A stretch of 64,000 nt of DNA from an uncultured candidate division Zixibacteria bacterium (GTDB lineage: Bacteria; Zixibacteria; MSB-5A5; GN15; FEB-12): NCBI GenBank assembly GCA_963806185.1, contig CAWDXE010000001.1, forward strand, positions 544,001 through 608,000. The letters are read 5' to 3'. Under the pieces are notes generated by a model, which saw nothing but the letters and a program-made list of their open reading frames with translations, was not told where the DNA came from and searched no databases. Position 1 is the first letter of the stretch. Each line of letters opens with the position of its first letter. Shown piece by piece: positions 38,699 to 50,275 of this stretch. The position numbers and the translations under genes were made by a program.

Positions 38699-39973
38699 GT
38701 GAAAGTTGAACTTAAAGAAGTCGACAACCTGACCCGCGAGCTCTCGATTGCAATCGACGCAGCTCAGGTCAATTCCGAAATGGAGAAGAAATTCATCGAG
38801 GTCCGCAGCAAGGTGACCCTCAAGGGGTTCCGCAAAGGCAAGGCCCCCATGACGGTTGTCAAATCAATGTACGCCGAACAGGTGAAAGCGGACGTGGTTG
38901 ATGAGTTGATTCAGTCGACCTACCCGGAAGCGGTTCGTGAAAATTCCCTTAAAGTGGCCTCGCGCCCGATGGTTACTAACCTGAATTTCACCGACGACGG
39001 CGGGTTGGTCTATACTGCCAAGGTCGAGATCCTTCCCGAGGTGGAGTCAATCGACACCACCGACATCAAGATTTCGGGGCAGGAGACCGAGGTAACGGAT
39101 GCTGAAGTCGACGAAGTAATGGCCCACCTGCGCAAACGGTTCTCCGAACTTCGCCCGGTGGAACGTCCGGCCCAGATTGACGACGTCGTGATGGCCGACC
39201 TGAAGAAGCTGGCCGATCCGTCACTCGCCCTGGCGGCAGACAATTTCCCCAATTCTGAAATCGACCTTGGCAACAATCTCACCGTAAAAGAACTAAGGGA
39301 ACAATTGCCCGGCCTGAAGGCGGGCGACGAGAAAGAGATAGAGGTCGTGTATCCCGACGATTATTCTGACGCTACCTTTGCGGGGGCCCGGATTACTTAT
39401 CTGTGCCACGTCAAGGCGGTCAAAGAGCGTATCTTACCGGAGCTTGACGACAGTTTTGCCAAGCTGACCGGCCAGGGCGAGACGATGCTGGAGCTTCGCC
39501 TGAAGATTCGTCGGGACCTCGGCGAGCACAAGAAGGAACAGGTCACCCGCCTGCACAAGCGGGAGGTAATTTCGCAGATAATCGAAAAAAACCAGATACC
39601 GATACCTGAGGGCCTGGTGACCGAGTACCTGGATTCGGTAGTTGAAGACCTCAAGAAGGACGGTCAGCCGGTGGACGAGCAGGAGGTTCGTAAACATTAT
39701 CACCAAATCGGTGTTGAATCAATGCGGTGGGATTTTGTCTGGCACAAGCTGGCGGACATGGAAAAGATTGAAGTTTCTCCGGCAGATACCGAAAACTGGA
39801 TAAACAGGTTCGCTGCCCGCAACGGCGCAACCCCGGAACAGGCGCGCGACATGCTCAACCGGTCCGGCAAAATAGGCCAGCTTCGGGAATCGATTCTGGA
39901 AGAACGGATTCTGGATTGGTTGATCGGCAAGGCGACGGTTGTCCCGGTATCCAAAGTGGAGAAGAAGAGCTAA
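38699..39973 (+). CDS. tig: Trigger factor
   Basis: GFRKGKAP ribosome-binding motif, FKBP-like middle domain, tRNA-Leu-tig-clpP-clpX synteny. Confidence 0.93.
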   Translation: MKVELKEVDNLTRELSIAIDAAQVNSEMEKKFIEVRSKVTLKGFRKGKAPMTVVKSMYAEQVKADVVDELIQSTYPEAVRENSLKVASRPMVTNLNFTDDGGLVYTAKVEILPEVESIDTTDIKISGQETEVTDAEVDEVMAHLRKRFSELRPVERPAQIDDVVMADLKKLADPSLALAADNFPNSEIDLGNNLTVKELREQLPGLKAGDEKEIEVVYPDDYSDATFAGARITYLCHVKAVKERILPELDDSFAKLTGQGETMLELRLKIRRDLGEHKKEQVTRLHKREVISQIIEKNQIPIPEGLVTEYLDSVVEDLKKDGQPVDEQEVRKHYHQIGVESMRWDFVWHKLADMEKIEVSPADTENWINRFAARNGATPEQARDMLNRSGKIGQLRESILEERILDWLIGKATVVPVSKVEKKS

Positions 39974-40012
39974 GGGAATAGAGCCGGTGTCACGCCGGCA
40001 AAGAAGGAAGGT

Positions 40013-40636
40013 ATGGATCATACCATTAAGAACAACTATCTCATTCCAATGGTCGTCGAGCAGACTGGCCGCGGCGAGCGGGCGTATGATATTTTTTCGC
40101 GCCTTCTCAAGGACCGCATCATCTTCATCGGCACACCGATCGACGACGGCGTGGCGAATCTGGTGATTGCCCAATTGCTGTTTTTGACGGCAGAAGATCC
40201 GGACAAGGACATTTTCATTTATATCAACTCTCCGGGCGGGTCGGTGACCGCCGGTATGGCGGTGTACGACACGATGCAGTTCATCAAGCCGGATATCGCC
40301 ACCACCTGCATGGGCCTGGCGGCCTCGATGGGCGCCTTCCTGCTCGCCGCCGGTACCCCCGGCAAACGGGCGGCGCTGCCGAACAGCCGGATCATGATTC
40401 ATCAACCGCTGGCCGGCACGCAGGGGCAGGTTTCGGATATCGTGATCATGACGGAGGAATTTCTCGGCACCAAGAAGCGACTCAACGAGCTGCTGGCCAA
40501 GCATACCGGTCAGCCGATTGAGCAGATCGAAAAAGATACGGATCGGAACAACTTCATGTCTCCGGACGATGCACAGCGGTACGGCCTGATCGACAAGATT
40601 TATTACACAAAAGGTATTGTGCCAAAAGCAGGCTGA
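40013..40636 (+). CDS. clpP: ATP-dependent Clp protease proteolytic subunit
   Basis: [39 protein letters not shown]. Confidence 0.97.
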   Translation: MDHTIKNNYLIPMVVEQTGRGERAYDIFSRLLKDRIIFIGTPIDDGVANLVIAQLLFLTAEDPDKDIFIYINSPGGSVTAGMAVYDTMQFIKPDIATTCMGLAASMGAFLLAAGTPGKRAALPNSRIMIHQPLAGTQGQVSDIVIMTEEFLGTKKRLNELLAKHTGQPIEQIEKDTDRNNFMSPDDAQRYGLIDKIYYTKGIVPKAG

Positions 40637-40672
40637 GATCAGGCCCGACGGATTGCTGTAAGATAGGATATT

Positions 40673-41950
40673 ATGGCGAAAGATTTTTCAGAGCGTCTGA
40701 CGCAACGCTGTTCGTTTTGCGGAAAATCGTACGGCCAGGTCAAGCGGCTGTTTTCCGGCCACGAGGCTCACATTTGCAACGAATGCGTGATCCTTTGCGG
40801 CGATTTGCTGCAGAGCGCTCCCGACACCGAGCAAGTCGAGGAGATTCAGAATCTCCCCCGTCCGGCGGAGATCAAAGGCTTCCTCGATCAATACGTCATC
40901 GGCCAGGAGGAAGCCAAGCGCACGGTCTCGGTCGCGGTGTACAATCACTACAAGCGGATCAATCACCAACTGCGCATGCGCCCGTCGGGGAAAATTCCCC
41001 GCGAAGGCATGGATATCGATCTGGAAAAATCCAACATCCTCATGTTGGGACCGACCGGTACAGGAAAGACGCTCATCGCCCGATCGCTGGCAAAATTCCT
41101 CAAAGTGCCATTCACCATCGCCGATGCGACCGTCTTGACCGAGGCCGGTTACGTAGGTGAGGACGTCGAGAATATTCTCGTGCGCCTCTTTCACGCCGCC
41201 AATTTCAACGCCGCCAAGACCGAGCGCGGCATCATCTATATCGACGAGATCGACAAGATCGCCCGCAAGGACGGCAATCCGTCGATCACGCGCGACGTCA
41301 GCGGTGAAGGCGTCCAGCAGGGACTATTGAAGATTCTCGAAGGCACGGTTGCCAATATTCCGCCGAAAGGCGGGCGCAAGCATCCCGAGCAGGCGTTTGT
41401 GCAGGTCGACACGACCAACATCCTGTTCATCTGCGGAGGCGCGTTTGACGGACTGGAGAAGATTGTCGCCCGGCGTCTCGGCAACAAAGTGATTGGATTC
41501 GAGGTCGACGAGCGGCTCATTGACCACAAGTCGGCCGATATTCTGGATAGTGTCATTCCGGCTGATCTCATAGAATTCGGCTTGATCCCGGAGCTGGTGG
41601 GTCGCCTGCCGGTGGCCGCGGCGCTTCGCCCGTTGGACGAGGCGGCCCTGCTTTCCATCCTCACCGAACCAAAGAACGCGCTGACTAAACAGTACGCCCA
41701 CTTGCTTCAGATGGAAGGGGTCAAGCTGACCTTTGAGCCGGATGCTCTCAAGGCGGCAGTTCATCAGGCCCTGCAGAAAAAAACCGGCGCCCGCGCGCTT
41801 CGGTCGATCTTCGAGCGGGCGATGCGCGACGTCATGTTTGACATACCCTCGCAGCCTGAAGTGGCCGAAGTGGTCGTGACCGAAGAGACGATCACGAAGG
41901 GTGTCCGTCCGCGCCAGATCATGAACTCTGAAAAAAAGAAGGCCGGTTGA
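40673..41950 (+). CDS. clpX: ATP-dependent Clp protease ATP-binding subunit
   Basis: CSFCGK..ICNEC zinc finger, [28 protein letters not shown] loop. Confidence 0.97.
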   Translation: MAKDFSERLTQRCSFCGKSYGQVKRLFSGHEAHICNECVILCGDLLQSAPDTEQVEEIQNLPRPAEIKGFLDQYVIGQEEAKRTVSVAVYNHYKRINHQLRMRPSGKIPREGMDIDLEKSNILMLGPTGTGKTLIARSLAKFLKVPFTIADATVLTEAGYVGEDVENILVRLFHAANFNAAKTERGIIYIDEIDKIARKDGNPSITRDVSGEGVQQGLLKILEGTVANIPPKGGRKHPEQAFVQVDTTNILFICGGAFDGLEKIVARRLGNKVIGFEVDERLIDHKSADILDSVIPADLIEFGLIPELVGRLPVAAALRPLDEAALLSILTEPKNALTKQYAHLLQMEGVKLTFEPDALKAAVHQALQKKTGARALRSIFERAMRDVMFDIPSQPEVAEVVVTEETITKGVRPRQIMNSEKKKAG

Positions 41951-41969
41951 TCGGCAGACGTAGGAAAGC

Positions 41970-42077
41970 ATGAAAAAGGGATTCAAGGTGGCGGGCATTC
42001 TGACGTTGATTGCCGCGGCAGTCGGCTTGGTGACGTGGCTGGTATCGCGCCGGACTACCAATCGGACTTTTCTCTAG
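41970..42077 (+). CDS. 35-aa single-TM peptide (below the ORF-track cutoff)
   Basis: AGGA RBS, then MKKGFKVAGILTLIAAAVGLVTWLVSRRTTNRTFL*, 19 nt after the clpX stop. Confidence 0.55.
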   Translation: MKKGFKVAGILTLIAAAVGLVTWLVSRRTTNRTFL

Positions 42078-42116
42078 GTCGTTTCGCGGTTACGCGATTT
42101 AGACTTGCCAGATTTC

Positions 42117-42146
42117 GTAGGTCTGCCCAACTTGGGGCAGACCTAC
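42117..42146 (+). terminator. 12-bp hairpin (terminator or REP-like)
   Basis: GTAGGTCTGCCC-AACTTG-GGGCAGACCTAC followed by ATTCGTTTT. Confidence 0.55.
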
Positions 42147-42165
42147 ATTCGTTTTAAATGAACAT

Positions 42166-43125
42166 ATGACGGCAACGAACAATCGGACATTGCATATCAG
42201 CGCTCGGGAATTGAAGGCACTGCGGAGCCGGCTTTGGCAGATCACCCACCTGCAATCGGCGGGTGAAATTGCCAATTCAATAATCTGCCAGGATATGCAC
42301 GTCGTACTGCCGCTGCTTCCACACGGATTTGTCGATCTGCTGATTCTCGATCCCCCCTACAATCTGACCAAGTCATACCGAGGACAGATATTTCGCGCTC
42401 GCGACATCGAAGATTACGGAGCGTGGGTGAATTCGTGGTTATCGCTTCTCCCTCAACTCATGAAGCGAACCGGGTCAGTTTATTTCTGTGCCGATTGGCG
42501 GATGGGGGCGGTCGTGAGTTCACTGCTGGAGCGATATTTCACTATTCGCAACCGGATCACCTGGGAACGGGAGAAGGGGCGCGGGGCGGCACGAAACTGG
42601 AAAAACTGCGCCGAGGACATCTGGTTTGCAACGGTGTCGAATGACTATACGTTTAATGCCGATGCGGTGAAGCTGAAGCGCCGGGTCATGGCGCCGTATC
42701 GTGACGACGGAGGACAACCTAAAGACTGGCGCACAGACAGGGATGGTCAGCATCGATTGACGGCTCCCTCCAATCTCTGGACGGACATCACGGTTCCGTT
42801 CTGGTCGATGCCGGAGAACACAGAACATCCCACACAGAAGCCCGAGAAATTGCTGGCGAAGCTGATTCTGGCAAGTACGCAGGAAAACGATGTCGTGTTT
42901 GATCCCTTTCTCGGATCGGGGACAAGCGTCGTGGTGGCGAAGAAGCTGAATCGGAAGTTTGTCGGAATTGAAATCGACGAGCAGTATTGCAGTCTGGCCC
43001 TGAAGCGTCTGGAGATGGCAAAATCCGACCGACTGATTCAGGGGTATGTCGACGGTGTCTTCTGGGAGCGAAACAGCCTGGCTCAGCGATCAAGCAAGAG
43101 GGCGCGAAACAATGGTCGAGGGTAA
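42166..43125 (+). CDS. Site-specific DNA methyltransferase (N6-A/N4-C, beta class), orphan
   Basis: Motif IV DPPY precedes HPTQKPE and motif I DPFLGSGT. No adjacent endonuclease gene. Confidence 0.9.
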   Translation: MTATNNRTLHISARELKALRSRLWQITHLQSAGEIANSIICQDMHVVLPLLPHGFVDLLILDPPYNLTKSYRGQIFRARDIEDYGAWVNSWLSLLPQLMKRTGSVYFCADWRMGAVVSSLLERYFTIRNRITWEREKGRGAARNWKNCAEDIWFATVSNDYTFNADAVKLKRRVMAPYRDDGGQPKDWRTDRDGQHRLTAPSNLWTDITVPFWSMPENTEHPTQKPEKLLAKLILASTQENDVVFDPFLGSGTSVVVAKKLNRKFVGIEIDEQYCSLALKRLEMAKSDRLIQGYVDGVFWERNSLAQRSSKRARNNGRG

Positions 43126-44023
43126 AGTGAACCTAAGAGCGGCCTTTGACCCCGCAAAACGCTTCTCCATCCACTACCTTGGTGGTCTTTATCGACGGAT
43201 AAACGAACACCACCTCTTCCTTCTCTCGGGCGGACTGGCGTTCTCGTTGTTTGTCTGCATCATCCCGATGGTGCTGATTATCTTTTCCATTCTTGGTTCC
43301 CTGCTCCAGAGCGCTGATCTGCAGTCCCGCATCAACTTGCTGATCGATGCCGCGATTCCCTTTCCCCCGTACGCCTTCTTTGTCAAGGGGTTAATCGCGG
43401 GACGCGTGGACGAGTTCAAACAGTACCGTGCAGTGGCCGGCTTCATTGGCAGCTTTGGGCTCTTGCTGGCCGCGAGTGGGCTATTCAGCAGTATCCGCAC
43501 TGTGCTCAACCGCGTCTACAACGTCCCTGATCGACGCAATTTCGCCATTGGGAAACTCCGCGATCTCGGGATGATTCTGCTGGTGCTCTGTCTCCTCATA
43601 GCTTTTGTGACTCTCTTGCCGGTGATTGAGGCGCTGCGAAATTCGGCGCTGAGTGTTGAGACACTCCAACAGTTCAATCTGGACGGCGTGAGGACGTTTT
43701 TCTTCGCCATCGTGACCATCGCGGGGGCCTTTGCCGTTTTCTCTCTGATCTATGCTCTCGTCCCGTACGGCAAACTCGGAGCCAGAGTGATTCTGGTGAG
43801 CGCTCTGTGGTCGACCTTGCTGTGGGAGATGGCGCGACAGTTGTTTGGGGTATATCTTTCGCACGGCGCCAATCTGAAAAATGTCTATGGCGCGTACACA
43901 TTCGTGGTAGTCGTCGCCTTCTGGATATACTACTCGGCTGTCGTCTTTATTATCGGTGCGGAGATCGGCCAGTTGTACCGAGAATGGAAGACCATGCGAG
44001 CGGTCGAATCCGTCAGCAAATGA
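43112..44023 (+). CDS. YihY/BrkB-family membrane protein
   Basis: GLAFSLF..IP, SIRTVLNRVY, VYGAY..VVVAFWIYY..IIGAE. Confidence 0.87.
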   Translation: MVEGKVNLRAAFDPAKRFSIHYLGGLYRRINEHHLFLLSGGLAFSLFVCIIPMVLIIFSILGSLLQSADLQSRINLLIDAAIPFPPYAFFVKGLIAGRVDEFKQYRAVAGFIGSFGLLLAASGLFSSIRTVLNRVYNVPDRRNFAIGKLRDLGMILLVLCLLIAFVTLLPVIEALRNSALSVETLQQFNLDGVRTFFFAIVTIAGAFAVFSLIYALVPYGKLGARVILVSALWSTLLWEMARQLFGVYLSHGANLKNVYGAYTFVVVVAFWIYYSAVVFIIGAEIGQLYREWKTMRAVESVSK

Positions 44024-45990
44024 ACTCGCCCGACAAACGGACGACATCCTCCGGCAGACCAAAGACCAATAGAATGTCACCCCCTTCAAGGGTGGTGTTC
44101 GGATCCGGGTTGGCGATGGTGATGTCGCCCCGTCGAATGACCATCACCGTTACTCCATACTTGCTTCGCAGGCGCAATTCCCCGATCGTCTTACCGGCAA
44201 GGGGTGATTCCTCGAATAGTCGAAAGCTGCGCACTTCGGCCTCCGACGCGTGCATGGTCAGGTCCGCCAGATCAGAGGAGCCGACCGTCTGCGCACGGAG
44301 AACCACGTACGAATCGGCGCGGACGTCATGGACGAACCGTTCAATCTCCTCCTGCGGAATCAGGTACTTGCGCAGCACCCGGGTGAAGATTTCTACTGAC
44401 GTCTCGAATTCTTCCGGGATGACGTCATTTGCACCCAATTCGTGCATGACGGCAACTTCTCTGACATATCGCGTGCGCACGATCAGGTAGGCCGAGGGGT
44501 TCTCGAAGCGGCACATCTCGACAATACGTCGGGCGGCCACTGGATCATCAATCAGGACTGCAATTACCCGCGCGCGCCCGACACCGGCGGCGGAGAGAAT
44601 GGCAAATTGGGCGGCATCTCCATAAATGATCGGCTCCCCGTTGGCTCTTTCCGCCTTCACCGTGTCGGCGTTCAACTCGACAATGACGTATGGTATGTGG
44701 GCCAGGCGCGACGACCGGGCTAGATGCCGGCCGTTGAGCCCGAAACCGACAATCACGATGTGGTCCTTGAGCCCTTCGACCTCCGGAGGAACATCCGGCC
44801 GCTTGTCGCTCATCGATCGCATAATGCGCCTGGCCAGCATCGACTCCACCGCTGGAGAACCATACTGCACGAGAAACGGCGTAGCGGCCATCGTAAGAAT
44901 CGACACGGCCAGAAAGAGCTGATAATTGTCGGGCGAAAGCAGATCGAGCGAGAGTCCCGATCGGGCGAGTATGAACGAGAATTCACCGACCTGGAAGAGG
45001 GTCAACCCGACCAGCAAAGCACTCCGCGTCGGCAGACCGGCGAGATAGGCGGCAATCACCACGATCACCCCCTTCAGCATTCCCACGCCGATGGCAGCCA
45101 GAACAATGATAATCGGGTGCTGAATCACGTACGACATATTCAACAGCATGCCGACGGATACGAAGAAGAGCGACGTGAAGATATCGCGGAACGGAAGGAT
45201 TGTTCCCAACGCCTGATGACTGTATTCGGAGCGTGAAATTATCAGGCCGGCGAGAAACGCTCCCAGAGCCAGCGAGAGTCCCGAGAATTGAGGTCAGCCA
45301 GGCGATGGCGAAGCAGACCAGAACAACCGACACGAGAAACAATTCCCGACTCCTCGTACGCGCGATGGCAAGAAAGATCTTGGGGACAATCCAGTCGGCG
45401 CCGAAGAAGATAACCACAACGATGACAAAGGCCCGCACCAGCACTATGGCGCCGGCGCTACCCGACATGTCACCCGTTCCGGCCAGCATCGGCAGGACCA
45501 GCATCATGGGAACCGCAATGATGTCCTGAAAGATAGCGATGCCCGTCACTGCCCGGCCGTGAGGAGTAGTTAGTTCGGCCCGATCCTGCAGGAGTTTGAG
45601 CACAATGGCCGTACTGGAGAGCGAGATGAGAAAGCCGATAAACACGGCCTGGGGGATCGGCAGTCCAAACTGATGAGCAAAAAAGGCGGAGAGGAAGGCG
45701 GTAAAGCCGACCTGAGTCATGCCGCCGACAAAGACTGTCCGCCGCGACTGGACCAGATGCTCGAAGGAAAACTCCATCCCAATCGCGAAGAGCAAGAGGA
45801 CGATTCCAGTTTCGGCCAGAATCTCCACCCGATGGACATCCTGGACGAGGCCAAGTCCGTGAGGGCCGCACAGGACACCGGTGATTAGAAAGCCCACCAT
45901 GGCGGGCACGCGCAGGCGATGCAGCAGGAGCATCACGCCCACGGCCAGGGCGAAAATGATGACTATTTCTTGCAGCAACGGGATGTGCAG
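44013..45990 (-). CDS. CPA2 (KefC-like) cation:proton antiporter with TrkA-N and TrkA-C domains; apparent frameshift near 45281
   Basis: LAETGIVLLLFAIGMEFS, LSSTAIV, FQDI; after the frameshift PFRDIF..FFVSVG, QVGEFSF, IVGFGLNG, YGDA. Start is CTG at 45990 or TTG at 45978. Confidence 0.85.
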
Positions 45991-46042
45991 AGCGCTTTCC
46001 TCCGTCAGTCAAATCAGGTCAACTTTCGGAAGATACAAGCTA

Positions 46043-46642
46043 TCACTTGATTCGCAAATGATACAATGGGCGGGAATTCGAAAGGCGTTGCGCCTCTTCA
46101 AAACCAAGCTTCTGGAAAATAGCTTCCGGTCCGGTCCAGACAAACGCGGCCGGAAGGCGCTTACCGGCAGCCGTGAGCGGAACCGGATAGGCCTCGATGA
46201 GTTTTGCTTTACGTTTCTTCATGGCGGCGACAGCGGCCTTGGCCAGCTTGAGCCCGATTCCCTCGTTGCGATAGCCGGCGGCAATAAAGAAGCAGTTGAT
46301 ACTCCACACCGTTTTCACCCCGGTCGGCTTGTCATGTTGATAAGCCTTCATGGTCTCCAAACGAGGGAAGTCGCTCCGCTTGCCGAACGAACACCAACCG
46401 ACCGGCGTGTCGCCGTCAAAGGCAAGAATGCCGTGCGCGGCGCCGCTGGTGACCAGTTTCCTGAACGCCGTCTTGTTCGGCTTGCCACACGCTTCGCGCC
46501 ACATCTGGCCGCCATGAGGTACACGCCACGACATGCACCAGCACCCGCCGCAGGCGCCTCGGTCGCCGAAGAGTTCCTCGACCAATGGCCAGTCGTCTGG
46601 CTGCAGCTCGCGTACAGTAATGGTGTGTTTTGAATCAGCCAT
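46043..46642 (-). CDS. GNAT-family N-acetyltransferase
   Basis: VGWC, WSINCFFI..YRNEGIG, IEAYP. Upstream TTGCCT-N17-TAAGTT-N6-ATG. Confidence 0.85.
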   Translation of the reverse strand: MADSKHTITVRELQPDDWPLVEELFGDRGACGGCWCMSWRVPHGGQMWREACGKPNKTAFRKLVTSGAAHGILAFDGDTPVGWCSFGKRSDFPRLETMKAYQHDKPTGVKTVWSINCFFIAAGYRNEGIGLKLAKAAVAAMKKRKAKLIEAYPVPLTAAGKRLPAAFVWTGPEAIFQKLGFEEAQRLSNSRPLYHLRIK

Positions 46643-46703
46643 GGCCGGAACTTACCATGGATCGGAAAGCCAGGCAATCACATAATATTGTCAGACGACG
46701 GAA

Positions 46704-47654
46704 TTACTTGGCGAACAGGGTCTGTTCGTCGGGTGTCGGTTCGGTAACCAACGCTACCTTCTTCTTTTTCGTGGCGATAATCAGCACGACGGCTCCGACA
46801 ATGAGCACGAGCGCCAGCAACGATCGGGGGGACAATTCTTCGCCGCCCAGACCCCAGCCGAGAAAAACAGCGATGACGGGATTCACGTATGCGTACGTCG
46901 ACGCACGAGAGGGCGAGGCATGCTTTATCAACCAAAGATAAGCGCCGAAGGCGATTGATCCGAAAATGACCAGATACCAGAAACTGAGCCAAGCTTTTGG
47001 AGTAATCGCGCCCACGTCGACCTGTGCCCCCTCACCGACCAGGAGGCCGAAGATCGATAGCATGACGCCGGCCCAGAGCAGTTTCATGCCGATAGCCAGC
47101 GCATCGGAAGAGGGCATTGGGAGGTGATTAGATTTCACCGATCCGTACGCCCAGGCAACAGAAGCGGCGATAATGACGAGAGCTCCCAGCGGATCGATGC
47201 TGTGCGCTCCGGCGAAGTGGCCGGGGCCAACGAGCACTCCGACCCCGAAGAAGCCAATCACGAGTCCCAGAATTGTCGAGGGTCTGGGACGGGCGTCCCT
47301 GGAACGAAGCCATTCGAAAACAACCACGAGCATCGGCACAGTGCCCACTAGTAGCGCGGTCAATCCCGAGGGGACGAGTTTTTCCGCCCAGGTAATTCCA
47401 CCAGTGCCGATAGCCGGCATAAGCAAACCAATGATAGCGGTGGTGCGCCAGTGGGTGGGGGTAGGTTTCGGGGCACCGAGCGCCCGGGCGATGACGTAGA
47501 AGGCGAGTCCGCCCAGCACCATGCGCACCCCCGCCATGAGTAACGGCGGCATATCTTCGATAGCAAAGCGGATCGCTAAATATGTCGAACCCCAAATGAC
47601 ATAGACGGCAGCGAAGGCCGCAACCATCTCTACTGACAGCCACCACTTCTTCAC
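46704..47654 (-). CDS. EamA/DMT-family transporter (YedA-like)
   Basis: VYVIWGSTYLAIR, VPSGLTAL, TYAYVNPVIAVFLG; about 10 TM helices. Confidence 0.88.
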   Translation of the reverse strand: MKKWWLSVEMVAAFAAVYVIWGSTYLAIRFAIEDMPPLLMAGVRMVLGGLAFYVIARALGAPKPTPTHWRTTAIIGLLMPAIGTGGITWAEKLVPSGLTALLVGTVPMLVVVFEWLRSRDARPRPSTILGLVIGFFGVGVLVGPGHFAGAHSIDPLGALVIIAASVAWAYGSVKSNHLPMPSSDALAIGMKLLWAGVMLSIFGLLVGEGAQVDVGAITPKAWLSFWYLVIFGSIAFGAYLWLIKHASPSRASTYAYVNPVIAVFLGWGLGGEELSPRSLLALVLIVGAVVLIIATKKKKVALVTEPTPDEQTLFAK

Positions 47655-47661
47655 GGTCGGT

Positions 47662-48135
47662 TCACTTTCCTGAGGCGGAGTTGCCTTCGATCGGAATACG
47701 AATGGTCTCTTTGTACGTTTCAAGTACGACAGTCGTGCGCGTTGACGTCACCGACGGAATGGCGCCGATCTTCTCGCGGAGTACCTGGCCAAGCGCGGAG
47801 GTATCCGCGACTCTGATCTTGCAGAGATAACAGTCCTCGCCCGCCACGTTGTAGACTTCTTGAATCTCCGGCACGCTCTTGAGAGCTGCACCGGCAGCGC
47901 CGTCAGCCACCGGTTCATCGGTTCGTACAAAGACAAAGGCCACCAGTCCGTAGCCGAGTTTGGACGCGTTCAACCGCGTTTCGAATGAGCTGATCAGCCC
48001 TTTGTCCTTCAGTTTCTTGACGCGCTCGAAGGTCGCAGAGGGTGCCAAGCCCACCGTCTTGGCGATGTCACTGTTGGCGATTCGACCGTCGTCTTGAAGC
48101 AGGTTGAGAATTTTTTTGTCGATATCATCGATCAT
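47662..48135 (-). CDS. Lrp/AsnC-family transcriptional regulator
   Basis: IDDIDKKILNLLQDDGR, VGLAPS..ERVKKL, VAGEDCYL, TRTTVVL. Confidence 0.92.
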   Translation of the reverse strand: MIDDIDKKILNLLQDDGRIANSDIAKTVGLAPSATFERVKKLKDKGLISSFETRLNASKLGYGLVAFVFVRTDEPVADGAAGAALKSVPEIQEVYNVAGEDCYLCKIRVADTSALGQVLREKIGAIPSVTSTRTTVVLETYKETIRIPIEGNSASGK

Positions 48136-48347
48136 GGCCACAAACTCCCCTGAAAATAGTTTGGTATTTAAGTATACGCCAATCACCCGAATATTGTTTC
48201 GAACTGCTCTTCTTTGAGCAAATTATTGTCTAACTATTGATTAAGAAAATGAATTTACGGCGACAGCCAAGATTCTCGCTGGGATGGGTTCAGTTGCCCT
48301 GCGGGCCGTCCGATAGGTATCTACGTACCTAATTCGTTGGAGGAGTT

Positions 48348-49070
48348 GTGAATAGCCTAATCGCCGTGGTCTTTGTAGTAGTTTTTTTCAGCCTGCTCTG
48401 GCTGGCAATTCGCACGGCTCGCCGACAGGCTGAACAGAGGCAGACCATGAATCGCGAGATGGGTTTCACAAAAGTTGAGCCTCCGCCAACTGATTTCGTG
48501 GCCCGCCTTCAAGCGCTCAAAGGGAATAGTCGCCAGAAGATAGTGGTTCGGAACCTCTCTATTCGCGGATGCGGGCGCTACGATCTCTATGTCTTCGACA
48601 TGATCACCAGTAACAGCTCGGATACGCGCGAGCCTGCGGCGGCGATCGTCAGTCATGACCTGAACCTTCCGGCGTTCCACGTCTTCCCTGCGATGCCGTT
48701 TTCGGGTAAGATCGCCAATTGGCTCAACCAATTGACTTCCTATATGGCAACGCAGAGTGGCTACGTACCCTATCCGGCAATCAATTCGATTCGCTTTACT
48801 CAGCGGTACCGACTGTATGTGGCCGACGAGCGTGAAATTCCACGGTGCATCCCCGAAGAGGTCTGGGGCAAGCTGGCCGAAATAGAGCCACCGGTTTCTA
48901 TTCACGCCCAAGGTGACATACTGCTCTTCCAGGAAATCTCGACAAAGCCAACCTCATTCAGATCTTCCGACCCGGACAAGTACCGCTCCTATCTGCGCTC
49001 GCTCATCGATCAGGGTGGCCGACTGCACAGCGTGTTCTGCGAGACGAATCAACTGGAAGCGGTGCGCTGA
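48348..49070 (+). CDS. Hypothetical membrane-anchored protein
   Basis: RBS GGAGGAG, N-terminal TM helix, 240 aa. Confidence 0.6.
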   Translation: MNSLIAVVFVVVFFSLLWLAIRTARRQAEQRQTMNREMGFTKVEPPPTDFVARLQALKGNSRQKIVVRNLSIRGCGRYDLYVFDMITSNSSDTREPAAAIVSHDLNLPAFHVFPAMPFSGKIANWLNQLTSYMATQSGYVPYPAINSIRFTQRYRLYVADEREIPRCIPEEVWGKLAEIEPPVSIHAQGDILLFQEISTKPTSFRSSDPDKYRSYLRSLIDQGGRLHSVFCETNQLEAVR

Positions 49071-49228
49071 GGGCAAGACCGGTCGATCCCGGCGACGCCC
49101 AATCGACAATTTGTTGTGTCGCAAGAAGATATCGGAAAGCAACTGTTCTCGTGAATCAATCGTCGTCTTTGACTATCTAATCTGGCATATTTGAGACACG
49201 GCGTCCGACGAGACGTCAGCTTCACCTT

Positions 49229-50275
49229 ATGGAGATTAGATTGATGCGTAGACTCACGATGATGTTCTTAGGTCTTACCGTCGCCATCCTCGCCGGATGC
49301 GGACACGAACCGGCACGAACAGATTCCTCCACAAGTCAGATCCCTACCAGAAAGGTCATCCTGGCACCAGTCGAAAAGACGTCCACCGGCTCCTACGACG
49401 AATTGATGGGAACGGTAGTCGCCCGCAATCGCGCCGATATCGAGACCAAGTTTCAAGCCCGGGTAGAACGGATCCCGGTGGTGTTGGGAAGTCATGTTCG
49501 CAAGGGAGACATGTTGGCGGAACTGGATACCCGCGAACTTCGTGCCCGCGTGCAGCAGGCACGTGCGGTTTCCGAACAGACGGCGCTTGATCTCACTCGT
49601 TTTGAGCGTCTGATCAGCCAACAGGCCGTGACCCAGCAGGAGTATGAGGCGGTCAAGGCACGCAAAGCGGTTGCCGAAGCGAATCTCCAGGAAGCCGAGG
49701 CCGTGCTCAGCTATTCTCAGATCGTCGCACCGTTCTCCGGCGTGGTGACCGATCGCAACATAGACATCGGCGACCTTGCGGTGCCGGGCAAACCGCTTTT
49801 CGGTCTTGAGGAAGACGGCGCCCCGCGGCTCGTGGTGACCATTCCGGAGTCCCGCCTCAATGCGCTGGCGATCGGCTCCGAGCTCAAAGTAGTGATTCCA
49901 TCGGCCGACACGATTGTCCAGGGCCGCGTGGAGGAACTGGCGCCGAGTGCGGATCCGGTAAGTCGGTCGTTCACAGCCAAGATCGGGTTGCCCGCGCACA
50001 CGCGCATTCTGCCGGGGCAATTTGGAAAACTGATTCTGCCGTCGCTCGACGGTGAGAGTCTGTTCATACCGACGGCTGCAGTCGTTCACCGGGGCCAACT
50101 TGAACTGGTTTACGTTTTCACCGCCGACAATAAGGCATCGCTCCGCATGATCCGCACGGGCAGGCGAATTGGCGATCAGATTGAAGTCCTGTCCGGCCTG
50201 CACGAATCTGAGCGGGTGGTGATCAGCGCGCCGGCCGAACTATCCGATGGCGACGCGCTCGAGGCACAGTTATGA
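49229..50275 (+). CDS. RND efflux periplasmic adaptor (lipoprotein)
   Basis: Lipobox [32 protein letters not shown]. Confidence 0.9.
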   Translation: MEIRLMRRLTMMFLGLTVAILAGCGHEPARTDSSTSQIPTRKVILAPVEKTSTGSYDELMGTVVARNRADIETKFQARVERIPVVLGSHVRKGDMLAELDTRELRARVQQARAVSEQTALDLTRFERLISQQAVTQQEYEAVKARKAVAEANLQEAEAVLSYSQIVAPFSGVVTDRNIDIGDLAVPGKPLFGLEEDGAPRLVVTIPESRLNALAIGSELKVVIPSADTIVQGRVEELAPSADPVSRSFTAKIGLPAHTRILPGQFGKLILPSLDGESLFIPTAAVVHRGQLELVYVFTADNKASLRMIRTGRRIGDQIEVLSGLHESERVVISAPAELSDGDALEAQL

